A DNA stretch of 64,000 bases from Octopus sinensis. Its lineage: Eukaryota. Position numbers and translations under genes: made by a program. Positions 50,095 to 64,000 of this stretch are shown one piece after another. Positions within the stretch are counted from its first letter, which is position 1. Each line of letters opens with the position of its first letter. The DNA is taken from positions 31,620,001 to 31,684,000 of the forward strand of contig NC_043000.1 in assembly GCF_006345805.1 (NCBI RefSeq), written 5' to 3'. The notes below the pieces were generated by a model. The model did no database searches. It had not been told where the DNA came from and was given only the letters and a program-made list of their open reading frames with translations.

Positions 50095-53000
50095 TTCTGA
50101 TGACGTCATTCATAGCCCAGGAAGAGTGTTTTCACACACATCTATCAGGAGAATTTCTCTCCTGAAAAAAGTTTCCGCTGGGAAGTTATTTCTACGTCTG
50201 AATGCTCACGAACGCGTCAAATGTAATTTTACTCACCTACATACAAGTCAGTATGTTTAAAGGCTCACTTTCAACGCTCTGAATTGTAATCCGAGGTCAG
50301 CTACACACCCACCAATTCCAAATTTAAGAATTATGCTTTCTTGGGGATAGGATTCGGCGGTGAAAATCAAATTTATCCAACGGTTAGGATTGATCTAAAC
50401 AACTTTGAGAAGCGAAAGAACTCTTTATCGTTGCTGAGAAGCTTACAACCTTTGGCCATTCAAAAGAAGTTCCTTCCCCGAAAATTAACATCAAAGCAAC
50501 TAAAGCACAATATATCAAAAAGACTGATTCATTAAAAATGCAATTAATGACTTTGTTTCTATCAATGATTAAAATCTGAAACCCATAGTTTAGAACTTGG
50601 TGAAACTTCTCCGATTTGAAGATAAACATTTTCCAGGGAAACAGACATGAAATATTAAAAGTTTAGTGATAAGATTCATCTTTTAAATTTGATCGTTTAC
50701 TGTAAAATTATTTTAAAGTATAATTATTTTAAAAAGTAACTAAACCAAACCTGTTGAAATTTAATTTTAAAAGCGATTAAACAATAAGAAAAATTATAAA
50801 CTATTATTGTAAAGAGCAGCAGACAAAGTATTTAGCGATATCAAGTTTGTTGTTTGTGTTTCCGATGGAAAATTCTCTGAATTATTTGGGCAACATAAAT
50901 AACTATTACTAAAGCGAAGCGTCGCTATCGAGTCTAATGTACAAAAGAGACTTTCTTTTTCTTGCAGCCATTCTGGAGCATCGCTTTGAACTGTTTAATC
51001 GAACAAACCGGCCTCAGTACTTATTTTAAATCTGATACTTATTCGATCGGTCTCTTTGCCTATCTGCAAACACCGATTGTCAAATACAGCACGAACACAA
51101 AGACACACACATCCATCCATCTATCCATGTATATATATATACACACACACACACATGTATAAACGCACATCCAACACTACTTATCTACACAACCACGCTT
51201 ATCTGTAAAACTACAATAAATAGAAGTAAAGAGGTCGATAAGAATCCTATTTATCCGACGGGCGCGGTTTGTAGTCATTAAGTATATATTGTTCCTTACT
51301 CCTCATAAATAGTCCTATATCTGTAATGGCCCCTGGCTCTCAAATACTCTCGTCTTTTTCATTTTACATTCTTCTTTCCTTCATAAAATATTTACCTTCA
51401 AATTACTGAACTCATTTCAAGTTACTAAGGAACATCTTTTTTTATATTTTTTAAGAAACAATTGGAGCTGGTCAGGAAATGATAAAAATATCTGTTTAAT
51501 AAAAAACTGTAATATATGGTGATCGGATGATTGGTCGTCTAAGCTAACCGAGCCATCGAGTCAAACGCCTTGCAGAGGTCTAATATTGGCTACAAGTAGG
51601 CCCTGCCCCAAAGCTCCGCTTGTGTGCAAGGAGTACATAAAGAGCCAGAATCCTACCAGTTGTTGACCCTTTTGGCGTGAATTCTGACTGAGCGTGTGTG
51701 CGTATGTTCCTTATGCATTCGAAAACTGAGTTGCTGATTTTGACATATAGGGTATCAAAAGATTCAGTAATCTTTCGGCTACCAAATAACTTAATTTTCA
51801 TTTACATAATTTCTACGCTGTCTCAACAACTAGCTATCTTTATTTGAAAGACACTGCTCCACATCGACCAGGTTTCATTAGAAAGTAAAAATAGTTTCAC
51901 AATTTCAATTTGTACCAAAACTACAAGGTGTTGCGTTACGAAAGTGACGACAGTGAATAATGAAAGTAATGTTTCTCCGAATTAGTCACATCTGTATTAT
52001 AATAAAGAAAGCTGCTTATCATCTATCTATATACATAAAGGCTACCAAATAAACTATGTTCTTGGCACAACAGCTCCTTTTTACTACTAAGATGACCTCG
52101 GAAACGAGGCCGGGTCGCACTATTTTGAGGTTACTTTCGGGCAATATTTCGATTTGTTCTTAATGTTTCACTTTCATCCGATGTATTACGCACGTGTAGA
52201 ATTCTACTCAGACAAAAATTTATGAAAACGTACACATAAATATTGTATTAAAATAAGCCACAACCAAAAAAGTTTCATTAAAGTCATCCATTTCTCTATG
52301 TTATGAAGAAATACATTCACTCACTCTCTCTCTCTCTCACTCTCTCTCTCTCGCACACATGCACACACACATACATACATACAAACAAGATGTATGAATA
52401 TGTATTTATGTACGTGCATATGAAAGATAATGCGTGTGTGAGCGAGGGAGAGAGAAAGTGAGAGTAAGTGAGTGCCACTTACACATACATGCACAAAATA
52501 CATACAGGACAACACACACTTTTACTCACTGACTCTCTCTATCTCTCTATCACTCTATCTCTCTCTCTCTCTCTCACGCACACACACACGTCCATTTCAT
52601 ATTCATATACACACATCTTCCACTTTCTCCTCTCTTTCACTTTCTGCGCTCAATTCAAAGCAAATGTCACCTTTTCACTCTCTCCTCTCTTTCAGTTTCT
52701 GTTCTCTTCAAAGCATAAAGAAATAAAAGCTTTTCACGGAAATTAACGAACAATCATATGATGCCATATGATCGACCATATGATCGAGTTCTTTCCAACG
52801 AAAGAATGCCATAAAATAACTTCCTTTGGCGCATGCACGCACACACACAGACAGACAGACACACACACATACGGTAAAACGTCTGTACGAATTATGTTAT
52901 TTCTTGCTGTGTGCACGCGTAAATTTACAGTTCAGATCCAACTGACATTAACTTTTTCCTATTCTATAATCTATGTTTTTGATGAGCGTATTTAAAAATC

Positions 53001-54294
53001 TGATCTTCGTTATAAACTTAAAAGGGAAGTTTTCCCAGAAATCCTCTCCTTTACTTGTTGTTTCTAGCATGTCCGAGGTGACATTTGCACCTCTCCTCCC
53101 TCATTTTTTTACTAAATTTCTTCAGATTCCTATGTCTTCGATACTGGAGATTAGGATCTGGCCCTCAAAACACGTTCTCAATATTTTAATGTTCTCCTTC
53201 CCCACCCCAATTTCTTCATTCTTTACTTTTTTCCAAATTTTTGCCTTGGTAATGCGCAGAGAAAAAGAAATACAGAGTACGAATCTTAAAGAATTTTCTT
53301 TTTCCTTTGTTCTTAAAAAAGCAGTAAAATCTCCTTCCAAACAGCCACCCATCACTTCATCACTTTCAGAATGTTACAAAATCTCAATGTTTCACTTTTA
53401 GCTTTTTGGATAGCGAGTAGTTAATTCAGAAATAATGTTGTCTACCTGTTGTTTCTAGCATGTCAGGTTTTCTGGTGGTCTTGTATTTTTTACATCTGCT
53501 ATTTCAGCAGAATTCTACGCATGCGTGAAACATCAGACGAAAGTGAAACATTGGGAGGTTTTAGCGTTTTGAAAGCGGATTGGTAATGGCTGGGCCAACT
53601 GGAGGAAGGGGCACTGAGTGCTTTAAAAAAAATTAAACTTAAAAATATATATATTTCCCACATTCGTAATCACTGTATTTTTCTACGTAGATTAAAAAAA
53701 ACGAAAAAGTTACAAATTAAGAAATTGCGGTAGAGACGGGGGGAATTAAATTTTTGAAAACGTGATTTCTGGGCAAAATCGTATTAGCCCCTTTTATACG
53801 ATGAAACAATACATAGTTTCTGATTCTGCACTTTCATGCAAACTCATGCAAATTGTACCCCTCCCCTTCACTTTTATACAAACAATAACATGGATTACGC
53901 CGGTAATCCAGTTCACTATATATCAGCTGTGCCGATCCTGGCCATAGAAAAGAAACAAATAATACAACTTGGCTGTAGGTCATAACACCCGGGCAACGCC
54001 GGGATGTATTACTAGTATAACATATAAACCCAAATTAGATGAAAATGCACAAAATGTTGGAAAAGAGTGCACTTGGGCATTGTATACAATAAGTTCATTA
54101 TTGATATAATCGTCGAAAACAATTTGGTAGAATTGTAAGAGAGAAAATATGTGCAGTATTTCATTTATATAAATGCTTTTACGTTGTGTTGAGGTCAACT
54201 TTACCTGTCATCCTTTCGGAGTCGAAAAGCAAAAACTATCAGTCAAGCACTGGGATCAATTGCTAATATTGTGCCAGAATTTGAAACCATTATC

Positions 54295-54735
54295 ATCTTC
54301 TTTGCAGAAGATTGGTCTTATTCCTGGTAGAATTTAGACGTGTAACCGTAGATATCCTCATCATTTCAATAAGCCATCAGGAACCCAAAACCCTCCTCAT
54401 GATGTTTCCTGTTCCTAAAAGTTAAATATTTAGATGCTCTACAGGAAACTCAACTCCAATCTCCGTTGTCCAGCTGCTGAAATATCATCATCACCCCCAC
54501 CACCATCATCATCATCATCGTCATCGTCATCACCACCATTATCATCATCATCATCATTATTATTGATTTGACTGAGGTTCGTTCTTACTTCTGGTAGAAT
54601 CTATGTTGATAGCGAGTTACTGCTTGAAACCTTAGGTATCCACAAGATTTCTATAGTCTTTCAAGTGCTTAAGACCTTCTTGATAATCTTTCTTCTCCCT
54701 AAGAAACAAACTTTTTGTGGAAGCTCTACTTATTA
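54295..54735 (-). mobile_element. Two tandem 3' ends of R4/Dong-type retrotransposons
   Basis: QKVCFLGRRKIIKKVLST* plus UTR plus (AAT)n at ~54555-54735; EIGVEFPVEHL..LLGTGNIMRRVLGS* plus UTR at ~54295-54475; both UTRs contain ATTCTACCAG. Confidence 0.65.
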
Positions 54736-54977
54736 GTATTAGTATTATAGACATCGCACAGTAAACAATATCGTGAGGTTGTTGATTGAAGGTTTGTACT
54801 GTTTGTCAAGTCTCAACAAGGACCTTAGACAAACAGTACTTTACGCAATATGCTTACAGTTCCAAGTAATGCCGACTTTTGCTATACATCTAGATTGTAG
54901 GGTATTTCTAAGGTTTTCAGATATTATTTTTTTTCAGATTGGGTGGTATTGAACCCAATGCTCCGATGATAATAGAT

Positions 54978-55150
54978 GACTTGACTTGACTTGAGACAGC
55001 ATTCACCCGGGGTGGGTTGAGCTGGCTTCATTCATCCGCAATGCTGCATCTCTCACAAACGCCGACCAGGCCTGGCGATTTGAGGCTAAGGACCGCGTGA
55101 TCTCCAACCACTCCTTATTCCAGCAGCGAACACCGTAGATAGGGGGGGTC
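54978..55150 (-). mobile_element. RTE-clade LINE 3' end
   Basis: Minus strand RSLASNRQAWSAFVRDA...THPG* followed by a (CAAGT)n tail. Confidence 0.65.
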
Positions 55151-55407
55151 ATAGATAACCTTTATATTTGATTCATATAATTGCCACATCTTGGTGATCT
55201 CAGTTCTCAGGTCTCCATATTTATCAACCTTTTTCTTTCATATATTGATATGTTGTTTATTTAGTATTAGTTTTGTAAATAACTATTGTGGTTATTAATA
55301 TTGATTTTCATATCAATACATATTTTTTATATTTATATGCGTGTATCTTTGTGTGTCGACAATCCGATGGCTGAAACGAGTAAGAGAGTGGATATATATA
55401 TATATAT

Positions 55408-55448
<41 letters not shown>

Positions 55449-55950
55449 CAAGAGTTAGGGACTGGGGTACATAAGATCCGGGCCACATATGTTTCATAGC
55501 GAGCAGAACATCCGGAATGGTAGATATCCAAGGGAGGTGTATACCGAAGGCCACTCGTCAGTATATGGGTATCTTTATATTTACTAATTTTCTTCCTACA
55601 CCTCGATCCTTGGATCTGATATATATGGAACAGAAACGCAATAGAGGGCATTAAAACGTTCAGAGAGATAGACGATACAAAGGCGGACAAGAGAGACAAC
55701 AATTAGAAGGACAGAAAAAAAACACGGGGCATTCTTGGCTTTCTTTCATCAGTCAAGTCCCAGAAGTCACGACCATTTCGGCCAGTTACACATGAGATGA
55801 TTCGATCAGATTGTCCCCCCCCCCTCAAGTCTAAGCTAAGAGCATTAGACGCCTTTGTAAGAAAACTAGCGAATGTGTACGGTAGCAAAGACAAAAAAAA
55901 TCGGAGAACAGATAGATAGGTAGATAGATAGACAGATGGATAGATGGATG

Positions 55951-56049
<99 letters not shown>

Positions 56050-56057
56050 GCATGGAC

Positions 56058-56180
<123 letters not shown>

Positions 56181-56698
56181 TAGATAGATAGATAGATATA
56201 TAGATAGATAAGTCATTGATGCGCCTCAGACAATATGCTCACATTGTTTCACAGTGTGTCTAAAAATCAATGTGGTTCTGTATTTAGTTCACAGCAATAC
56301 GAGTCTAAAATATAGCAATATAATATAAGGTTATAAAATACTATAACAGACAATAAGATGTCTTGTTGATTTAGCTGGACAGGAGAAAAAAAGAAACATA
56401 TATACTATATATATATATATATATATATGTTTATGTGTACATATATTGTATTTGTGAACAATGAAAGTGTCCGAACACCCAATTTGTCAAGTTATCGATG
56501 GCAAAATAAACAAGACGTCGCTATGATGAGATTTTAAACTGGAAAGCGCTCAACGTTGGACATTAACACTTAATCCAGTAACGATGCTCCAAGTCTATCG
56601 TTATTTCCTTATTAAATTTACTTCACTTTTTGTGTGATTCTGTTAGTGTATTTTATTTATTTCTCAACCATCTATTTACCAACCTCCCTATCAACGTG

Positions 56699-56731
<33 letters not shown>

Positions 56732-57096
56732 GTATATAAATGTGTGTGTGCGTGTGTGTGCGTGCGTGTGTATTATTTTTCAATTTCCTACTTTGCGATG
56801 TTGTTATATAACTAAACCTCGCTTCACCTTTCTAGGCATTCATCTCTAATTTCTCTACCGACCATTCAATAATTTCTTCTCGCCTATTTATCGATCTATC
56901 TATCAATCTATTAATCGATCTGTCAACCCATCTAAGAGTCTATCAATGTAACTGTCCTTCTCTGTCTCTCTCTAGACATTTTATACTCCTACACATCTAT
57001 TATTTGTCCATTATTTCGGTATCTTATCATTTTCTTATATTATTCTTTCACATTGCTGCTGTAAACTATATCGGTTCCCACTTATTAGAAACACTG

Positions 57097-57162
<66 letters not shown>

Positions 57163-57397
57163 ATATATATATAGGGAGAGTTTACGAAAAAAACAAAAGA
57201 CAAAGAGAGGTGGTGTAGAAAACAAAGAGATGTATCAGTATAACGCTCAGGAATAGAAAAAGTCTTTTACGTTTCGAGCCTACGCTCTTCTACAGAAAGG
57301 GACACAGAAAAAACAAGGAGAGAAACAAGGAGAGAAAAAAATGTGTTAGTCGCTAAAGATCTATCATGGTGACTGCCAGACAGAAGGGTCAGGTAGG

Positions 57398-57486
<89 letters not shown>

Positions 57487-58229
57487 CATAAATGAGAATC
57501 AAATATTCTTCGGATAAAATACACTTGATAGTGTTCAGGAAGTTTAAACTTGAGCAGATTGAGAAGTAAATGTAAGAATACCCAGGATTATTAAGCTATT
57601 ACATTAGTAAACTCCCTCAGCCACTGAACCAGTCAACTTATTTCCCTCAACTAATGGGCATTCCCTTTCTCACTATCTCAAACTAACGCAAAGGACTACA
57701 ATTCACATCCTACCTAAACCCCTCTCTCCTCTTTCTCCTGCTTCCAACCTCTACTTCTATAACTTCCTACTAGCCTCCTTATTAACACCTAACCCTTGAT
57801 ATTTATTTTCGCCTCTCACTATTCTCTATCTGAATACCTCTCCCAATTACCCCTCCCCTCTAATACACTTACCTCTCCACAAAATCATTCCATCTTTGAA
57901 CTTCTTTCTGTCAACACCTCAAATGTAAGATCTCTTCCCTGAAGACGGAGGCTCGTCTCATCTGATGATGGAATCAATCTACAGACATTATCTTGGACCA
58001 TCGAGCCCCAGAAACAGCTGTTGGATTTGTAATGTTTTTCTTCAACCCCTTCAATTCTTGATATCCGTTTATATTCTGTGTAAATCAGATCTTTTTCTAT
58101 GAGAACATACATACATCTTTTTGCTTGTTTTTCATGTATTTAATATAATGTGTATATTGAACTGCCTTATTTGTGTATCCTTACATTTACTTTTCACTTT
58201 CCCCTCTCTCTCTCTCGCTATATATATAC

Positions 58230-58262
<33 letters not shown>

Positions 58263-58477
58263 CGTGTGTGTGTGTGTGAAAGAAAAAGCATTATGTGATT
58301 AAATGTTCGAGATATGAAATGTTACGTGAATGACCTTGTATTTGTTTGTTCTGCAACCATAGTTTAATATATTTGTCTCATTTAATTGAGCACTTCTACA
58401 GCAGTCCTATTAAACATTTTATTCCTGATAAGAAACAATCACTTCATTATTGATATATACATATATATATATATATA

Positions 58478-58760
58478 AAAAACATTATTGGTGATTGAAG
58501 AAATGGAGCTGAACGCAGATTGAACAGAAATCGTTTTATTTCATTCTACACGTGTTCGAAAGGCAAAAATTACCAAAATCCGATTGAATAATGGGACCAT
58601 ATTGTGTCTTTCTCTTCAGGAGAGAAAGACACAATATGGTCCCATTATTCAATCGGATTTTGGTAATTTGTGCCTTTCGAAACACGTGTAGAATGAAATA
58701 AAACGATTTCTGTTCAATCTGCGTTCAGCTCCATTTCTTCAATTCACCAATAATGTTTTT
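58478..58760. repeat. Near-perfect palindrome (~138-bp arms, 5-nt loop 58616-58620) centred on a hammerhead core
   Basis: The arms differ by two 1-nt indels and one substitution; CTGAAGA (minus strand) spans 58619-58613. Confidence 0.93.
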
Positions 58761-58904
58761 AATTTCAATTATCGCACCAACGCACGGTTGCAACGCCAGA
58801 TGGTTGTACCTCCAACCGTGCTGTTCACTGCTGTGATTTTTGCTACTAAGGTATCGGGTTAAACTTTTGATTAATCTACTACAAGATTATTCATCTTTCT
58901 ATTT

Positions 58905-58953
<49 letters not shown>

Positions 58954-58966
58954 CATATATTTATAT

Positions 58967-59017
<51 letters not shown>

Positions 59018-59118
59018 CATATGTATGTATGTATATATATTATATATTATATATATATATATATATTATATGTATATATTATATATGTATGATATGTATA
59101 TATATATGTATGTATATG

Positions 59119-59204
<86 letters not shown>

Positions 59205-59339
59205 TTAAAGGTGCGATGCATAAACTGTCGTTTAATTTACGAAAAATAAATAACACTTAACAGATCATCAGTTCGATTTCCACCCATTTACTTGTTCATT
59301 TTTTCTAAAATGTCACACCCCATTTTAACACATATATTG

Positions 59340-59490
59340 ACCATGTCCTTAGATTGCACTGTCCTCAGATTGACACCCAAACACTCTGAAATGTTCGTAT
59401 TGGAACTTCCGGCGCGAATACCGAGCAGTATAGCGTGTTGTTTCCTGATGTATGGCCGAGTGAATTGCATCATGGTGCTATTTTTCTCAC
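59340..59490 (-). mobile_element. Tc1/mariner-type transposase N-terminal HTH fragment
   Basis: MMQFTRPYIRKQHAILLGIRAGSSNTNISECLGVNLRTVQ resembles a paired-like HTH. Confidence 0.5.
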
Positions 59491-59544
59491 AGACGGTGCC
59501 CAACTGACCCTACTATACTGTGTAGTCAACAAAATCAAAAACAA

Positions 59545-59826
59545 ACCATGCACATGTGTGAAATAGCCGTGTTGAGTCGTTCCATCTGTTGAACATAGAG
59601 TTCCGCGTTGACCATTTGGTCCCGTTCAAGCAATTCGTAAGGAATAATCCCTTCCAAGTCACACCATACGCACAGCATCGTTTTACGCGGATGAAGATCA
59701 TGTTTCACGCGCAGTGTCGCTTGTTCACCGGGGCTAAGCCGTTCCTTATGCTGCTTCATATTGATGTACAGGCACCACCTTTCGTCGCCAGTAACGATTC
59801 AGTAAAGAAATCGTTGCTTGTGTCCA
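59545..59826 (-). mobile_element. mariner transposase fragment
   Basis: IVTGDE (first D) region, then WCLYINMKQHKERLSPGE...LHPRKTMLCVWCDLEGIIPYELLERDQMVNAELYVQQMERL. Confidence 0.85.
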
Positions 59827-59947
59827 TGTGTGTGAGCGTGTATGTGAGTCCATCATTCTCATATACACATACTCACGGACGTATGCACACGCGCATATGT
59901 GCACACATATATATATCTCCAAATACAGTATATATGTATATTGATTA

Positions 59948-59986
<39 letters not shown>

Positions 59987-62921
59987 CTTATGTGTGTATG
60001 TATTCGCAACATCTCGTACTCGAACTCACATGCGCAGATACGTACAACACCTGTACCTGTCCACCTAGACACGTATATGTATAAGAGTGTATACATACAT
60101 ATGTGTGTATAGAGAAAGAGAATACATTATTTACAGGAACATGGGGTCGAAGTAATGAGATACATGTGTGTACCCACGCATACATACACACACACACACA
60201 CACACACACGCATTAAGAATCATTTGATTAATTTATTTAACAAGACATCAAGATGATTACATCTGTTGTCAACGAGACATCAATAATAATAATAATAATT
60301 GCCGATTATTGTTCTTGTTCTAGATGTTGTGGGAGCGGTGCGGGGTAGGGTGTTGAGAGAAGTGGTTAGCATCGATTCTATTCGAAAACCTAAAATGGTG
60401 ATAAATATTTGATTTCGTCGCCGCTTATCACTATTAAAATCACAAACAAGCCTACGACATATGTCACCTATGAGGGACAGACAGTGGAAGGGTGAGGGAG
60501 TATATAAGAAAGAAAGAGACGACGGTGGGAGTACGGTGTACTTACAGTGTACTTACATATTCGATCAATAAACAGCCTTTGTTGTCTGTTCTAGATACTC
60601 TGAGTATTAATCCCTGGAAAATATCTGTCCCTGGTACAAACTAGACAAGGGTTTGTTTAACCCATTGTCTGTCCATAGCATTTTCACAATTTTATCCCAA
60701 ACGTTCATGCGTGTTTTCAGTCTTTTAGTTTTCCCTTTTTCTCATGTATTCTAAATATTAAAAAAATTCCTTCCATAAGAGCCAAGTTATTCTGGTGACT
60801 GAAAGAAAAATGGGAATGTATACCATATACGATGCACAAAACAAACAAAGGGTTAATAGAATATTTAACAGTTACCCAAGCATGGAAGAGTCCTCTCTCC
60901 CCAGCTCTGGTGTTGTCCAAAATAAATTACCATTCCAGGGATTGTTAGGGCATAAAATAGGGATGCTATGCTCTGTATGACCCAACCCATTTTTTTTTCT
61001 AACGGCCACCCTTGTAAGAACACTAGTCCCGAGCTGTATAGTCATTGCACTGAAGAAATTCGGTTTCTTTCATTCGTATTATTTTGTCCCTCCGAAATCT
61101 GAGTTCACCTGCTACTGACAGCGACTTTGTTACATTTTATACGGGGTCGATAAAATTCATAACAGAAATACATTAATGTCTGTTCTTTCTCACACATCCA
61201 CCTTTGCAAGTTCCAAGCCTGAGCCTATTTGAGAAATCTTTCTTCCAGTTGTGAGTAACGAGACTATTTTGTCTGGTTGCCGCTAAACCTTCTCTTACAA
61301 GTCACTATCCAATACTTAAACCGGTCGTGCTTTACCATCTCCTGGACTCCAGTTGGAAATTCTCTGTTGAGGCTTTCATTCATAATTTCGGTTGAATTAA
61401 TACAGAGTCCAACTGTCTGATAACCAAACTTACACTCACTCAAATCAAGGATAATCGATTCTCCAGTTAGAAATGATAGCCAAATCTGACCACAAATCAT
61501 ACTATAGCGCTACCGTCTTAAAAAGAAAACGGATGGATACGTGTGACGATGAGGTTTTACAAACATTAGGTCTACAAAAAGATTATACTTCAGCCCAGCG
61601 GAAAGTGAATTTGGGCTCAATAAATAATCAATGTCTCCATAAACAATGGAACGGGAGACCGGTAAGATACATTTTTAGAGAGACAACTATTAGTTATTCG
61701 TTCAAGAGATTCAACATCGATCGAATCCAGATCACTGTCACACACACACACACACACACACGCACGCGCGCGCGCATTTCTCGGTTATATTGGATTCGTA
61801 AAGAATCGAGGTACATCAACGAGCAGTACGTAACCTGTTGCCGAGGCAGAATCACGTGGAGGTGACAATGAAATAATCCATTTCCCGTGTAGAAAGCAAC
61901 GTGTAGAAAGACCAGACATTGCTGTTTGAGTGATTCTCAATTCTAACTGTTAGCAAGTAATTCGTCGGAGGGTAGAAGCTTTGGTGTGAATCGCAATATT
62001 AGTTTCTAATTTTGGCCAAAGGCCAGCTGTTTTGGAGATGGGGCTGAGTCAGTTACATCGACCGCGGTGCTCAACTAGTTCTTATGGCAAATTCGACCTC
62101 AGCGGAATTTGAACCGGCATGCTAAAGATTCTGCCAGCTCGCCGCCTTTTGTGTTGCGCGAAATGTTTATAAGCGAACAAAAGAATGGATTTCAAATCTT
62201 GCGACAATTGCTTCACTAAGAATCTTTGATTAATGTCAGCATAATACAATATCTTGCATTCCATCATGCATTTTGCAATTCTCACGCTCATCAGGCAATA
62301 TTTAAAGCAGAGTTGGACAAATACTTTTGAGTAATTAATTGACTCCCAAGCAAGTTACTTGCCTTGGAATCGATTGGCATCGCCTGACGACCATGAAAAT
62401 ACCATAATCTTTAAACGTAATCCAAAATATTGTACTCAGCTTACATTAAAGATTCTGAGCGAAACAATTGTAGCAAAATTTTAAATCCATTTGTTTGCTC
62501 GTATCTATATGAGAGAATAAGATGGAGTAAATTACGGAATGAAAGAATGAGGGAAAGAGAGAAAAGAGATCGGTATATCTGCTGGGTCTTGAACGTTTAA
62601 CAGGGATTCGTGGCGTTCTGGGTTTCATGGGAACGATTCGACCTTCGATCATTGTTACATTCAGTTCGAACCGTTTTGTAATAACCCCCTCCACCAATCC
62701 TTTTAGTCCACCAACACTAATGAATCTGATTCGTTATAATGACATCAGAAATAATTATTGAATTCTATATCAAATAACAAGATCTTATCTACTGAATGAA
62801 ACAGTAAAAACAAATATTATACATACCTGCGTGTGATATCGAACTTAAATTTGATGAGAATTTTCTCTTATCTGATCGCTTTGTGGTAAACAGAAAATAG
62901 AGAGATAACAGTCTAGACATT

Positions 62922-63333
62922 TCTTCTTCTTCTTCTTCTTCTTCTTCTTCTTCTTCTTCTTCTTCTTCTTCTTCTTCTTCTTCTTCTTCTTCTTTTCTTA
63001 TTCTTCTTTTCTCTTCTTCTTTCTTCTCTTCTTCTTATTCTTCTTATTCTTCCCTCTTTTTCTTCTTCTTCTTCTTCCTTCTTCTTTTCTTCTTCTTCTT
63101 CTTCTTCTTCTTCTTCCTCTTTTCTTCTTCTTCTTCCTCTTTTCTTCTTCTTCTTCCTCTTTTCTTCTTCTTCTTCCTCTTTTCTTCTTCTTCTTCCTCT
63201 TTTCTTCTTCTTCTTCCTCTTTTTCTTCTTCTTCTTCTTCCTCTTTTTCTTCTTCTTCTTCCTCTTTTTCTTCTTCTTCTTCCTCTTTTCTTCTTCTTCT
63301 TCTTCTTCTTCTTCTTCTTCTTCTTCTTCTTCA
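62922..63333. repeat. (TTC)n / (TTCTTCTTCTTCCTCTT)n polypyrimidine array
   Basis: Direct; source of the poly-K/R/E ORF. Confidence 0.95.
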
Positions 63334-63689
63334 ATTAATTATTGAATTAACTATTAGTGGAAATATCACTTCATGTTTGCTGTATCACTTCATATGGATT
63401 ATATATTCTCCTGGCCGCTGTCACTCTACATTATAAATTAATCTATGGTCACTGGTTGCATTACAACCTTCTAATGACACGAGTACACGTACACACACAT
63501 ACACACGCACACACACGCACGCACACACAGAGATGTTTAGAATACAAACAAGAAAAATAGAACTCAAAATACAGGGTGTGTGTGAAGCCTTTGCTTTGAC
63601 CATCAGCATAAAGAAGACGGAAGTAATCCACCAACCTTTGCCCTACTCCAAAACACATTCGTGGTGTCAAGTAGAGGCCACGGGTTCAC

Positions 63690-64000
63690 AATTTTCCTGA
63701 CACTCCTATACAGGTTAATGAGAAAAACCTAAATTATGTGAAGTCATTTACATATTTTTGTAGTAAAGTGAATTTGAGTGTTTCCCTTGATGATGAGATC
63801 GTCAACCGTCTTACAAAGGCAACCAACGCATTTGGTAAACTCCGTCATCGCCTGTAGAATGAAAGAGGCTTCAAACTTGACGCCAAAGTACAGGTCTATA
63901 AAGTAGCCATTCTTACTATTCTCTTGTATGGCTCAGAATCGTGGATACACTATTGACGACACATCGATCAATTAGACATCTCCCGAAAAGGCTGTCACTA
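63690..64000 (+). mobile_element. RTE (BovB-like) LINE relic, post-RT region, running off the window
   Basis: YVKSFTYFCSKV..SLDDEIVNRLTKATNAFGKLRHRL*NERGFKLDAKVQVYKVAILTILLYGSESW. Confidence 0.85.

Noticed and set aside
60462-60638. Possible solo LTR (TGTCAC...TATATAA...AATAAA...GTACA)
   Set aside because: Short, with no matching TSD and no second copy in the window.
61260-61865. GRALPSPGL (+) resembling a CNG post-CNBD segment, and the 130-aa ORF
   Set aside because: That frame has a stop just before the motif and another shortly after; the phase-1 reading from the nearest AG gives an unrelated peptide.

Overview
AT-rich, microsatellite-dense eukaryotic DNA. The repeat content suggests a coleoid cephalopod, probably Octopus, but that is inference. 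Only one host coding exon is recognisable: a 306-bp phase-1/phase-1 exon (24560-24865, +) encoding the cyclic-nucleotide-binding domain of a CNG channel, so much of the window is probably intronic. The rest is mostly repeats: several tRNA-derived SINE families, a young 5'-truncated CR1-group LINE with an uninterrupted ~520-codon frame, Tx1/L1 and RTE relics, five R4/Dong-type (restriction-like endonuclease) fragments mostly tied to (TAA)n, three Penelope-like GIY-YIG fragments, Tc1 (IR/DR), Tigger/pogo and mariner relics, Helitron-like ends, a MITE, four long inverted repeats and an ~880-bp tandem duplication. The most notable unexplained structure is a dispersed set of about 10 minimal type-I hammerhead-ribozyme-like motifs with palindromic stem III, linked to Penelope-type terminal repeats. 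They include a U3-A8 compensatory core variant, a family with a shared A6U core, and two fold-back palindromes built around the motif. The best-preserved copies lie antisense to the CNG exon. Most six-frame ORFs supplied are microsatellite artefacts.
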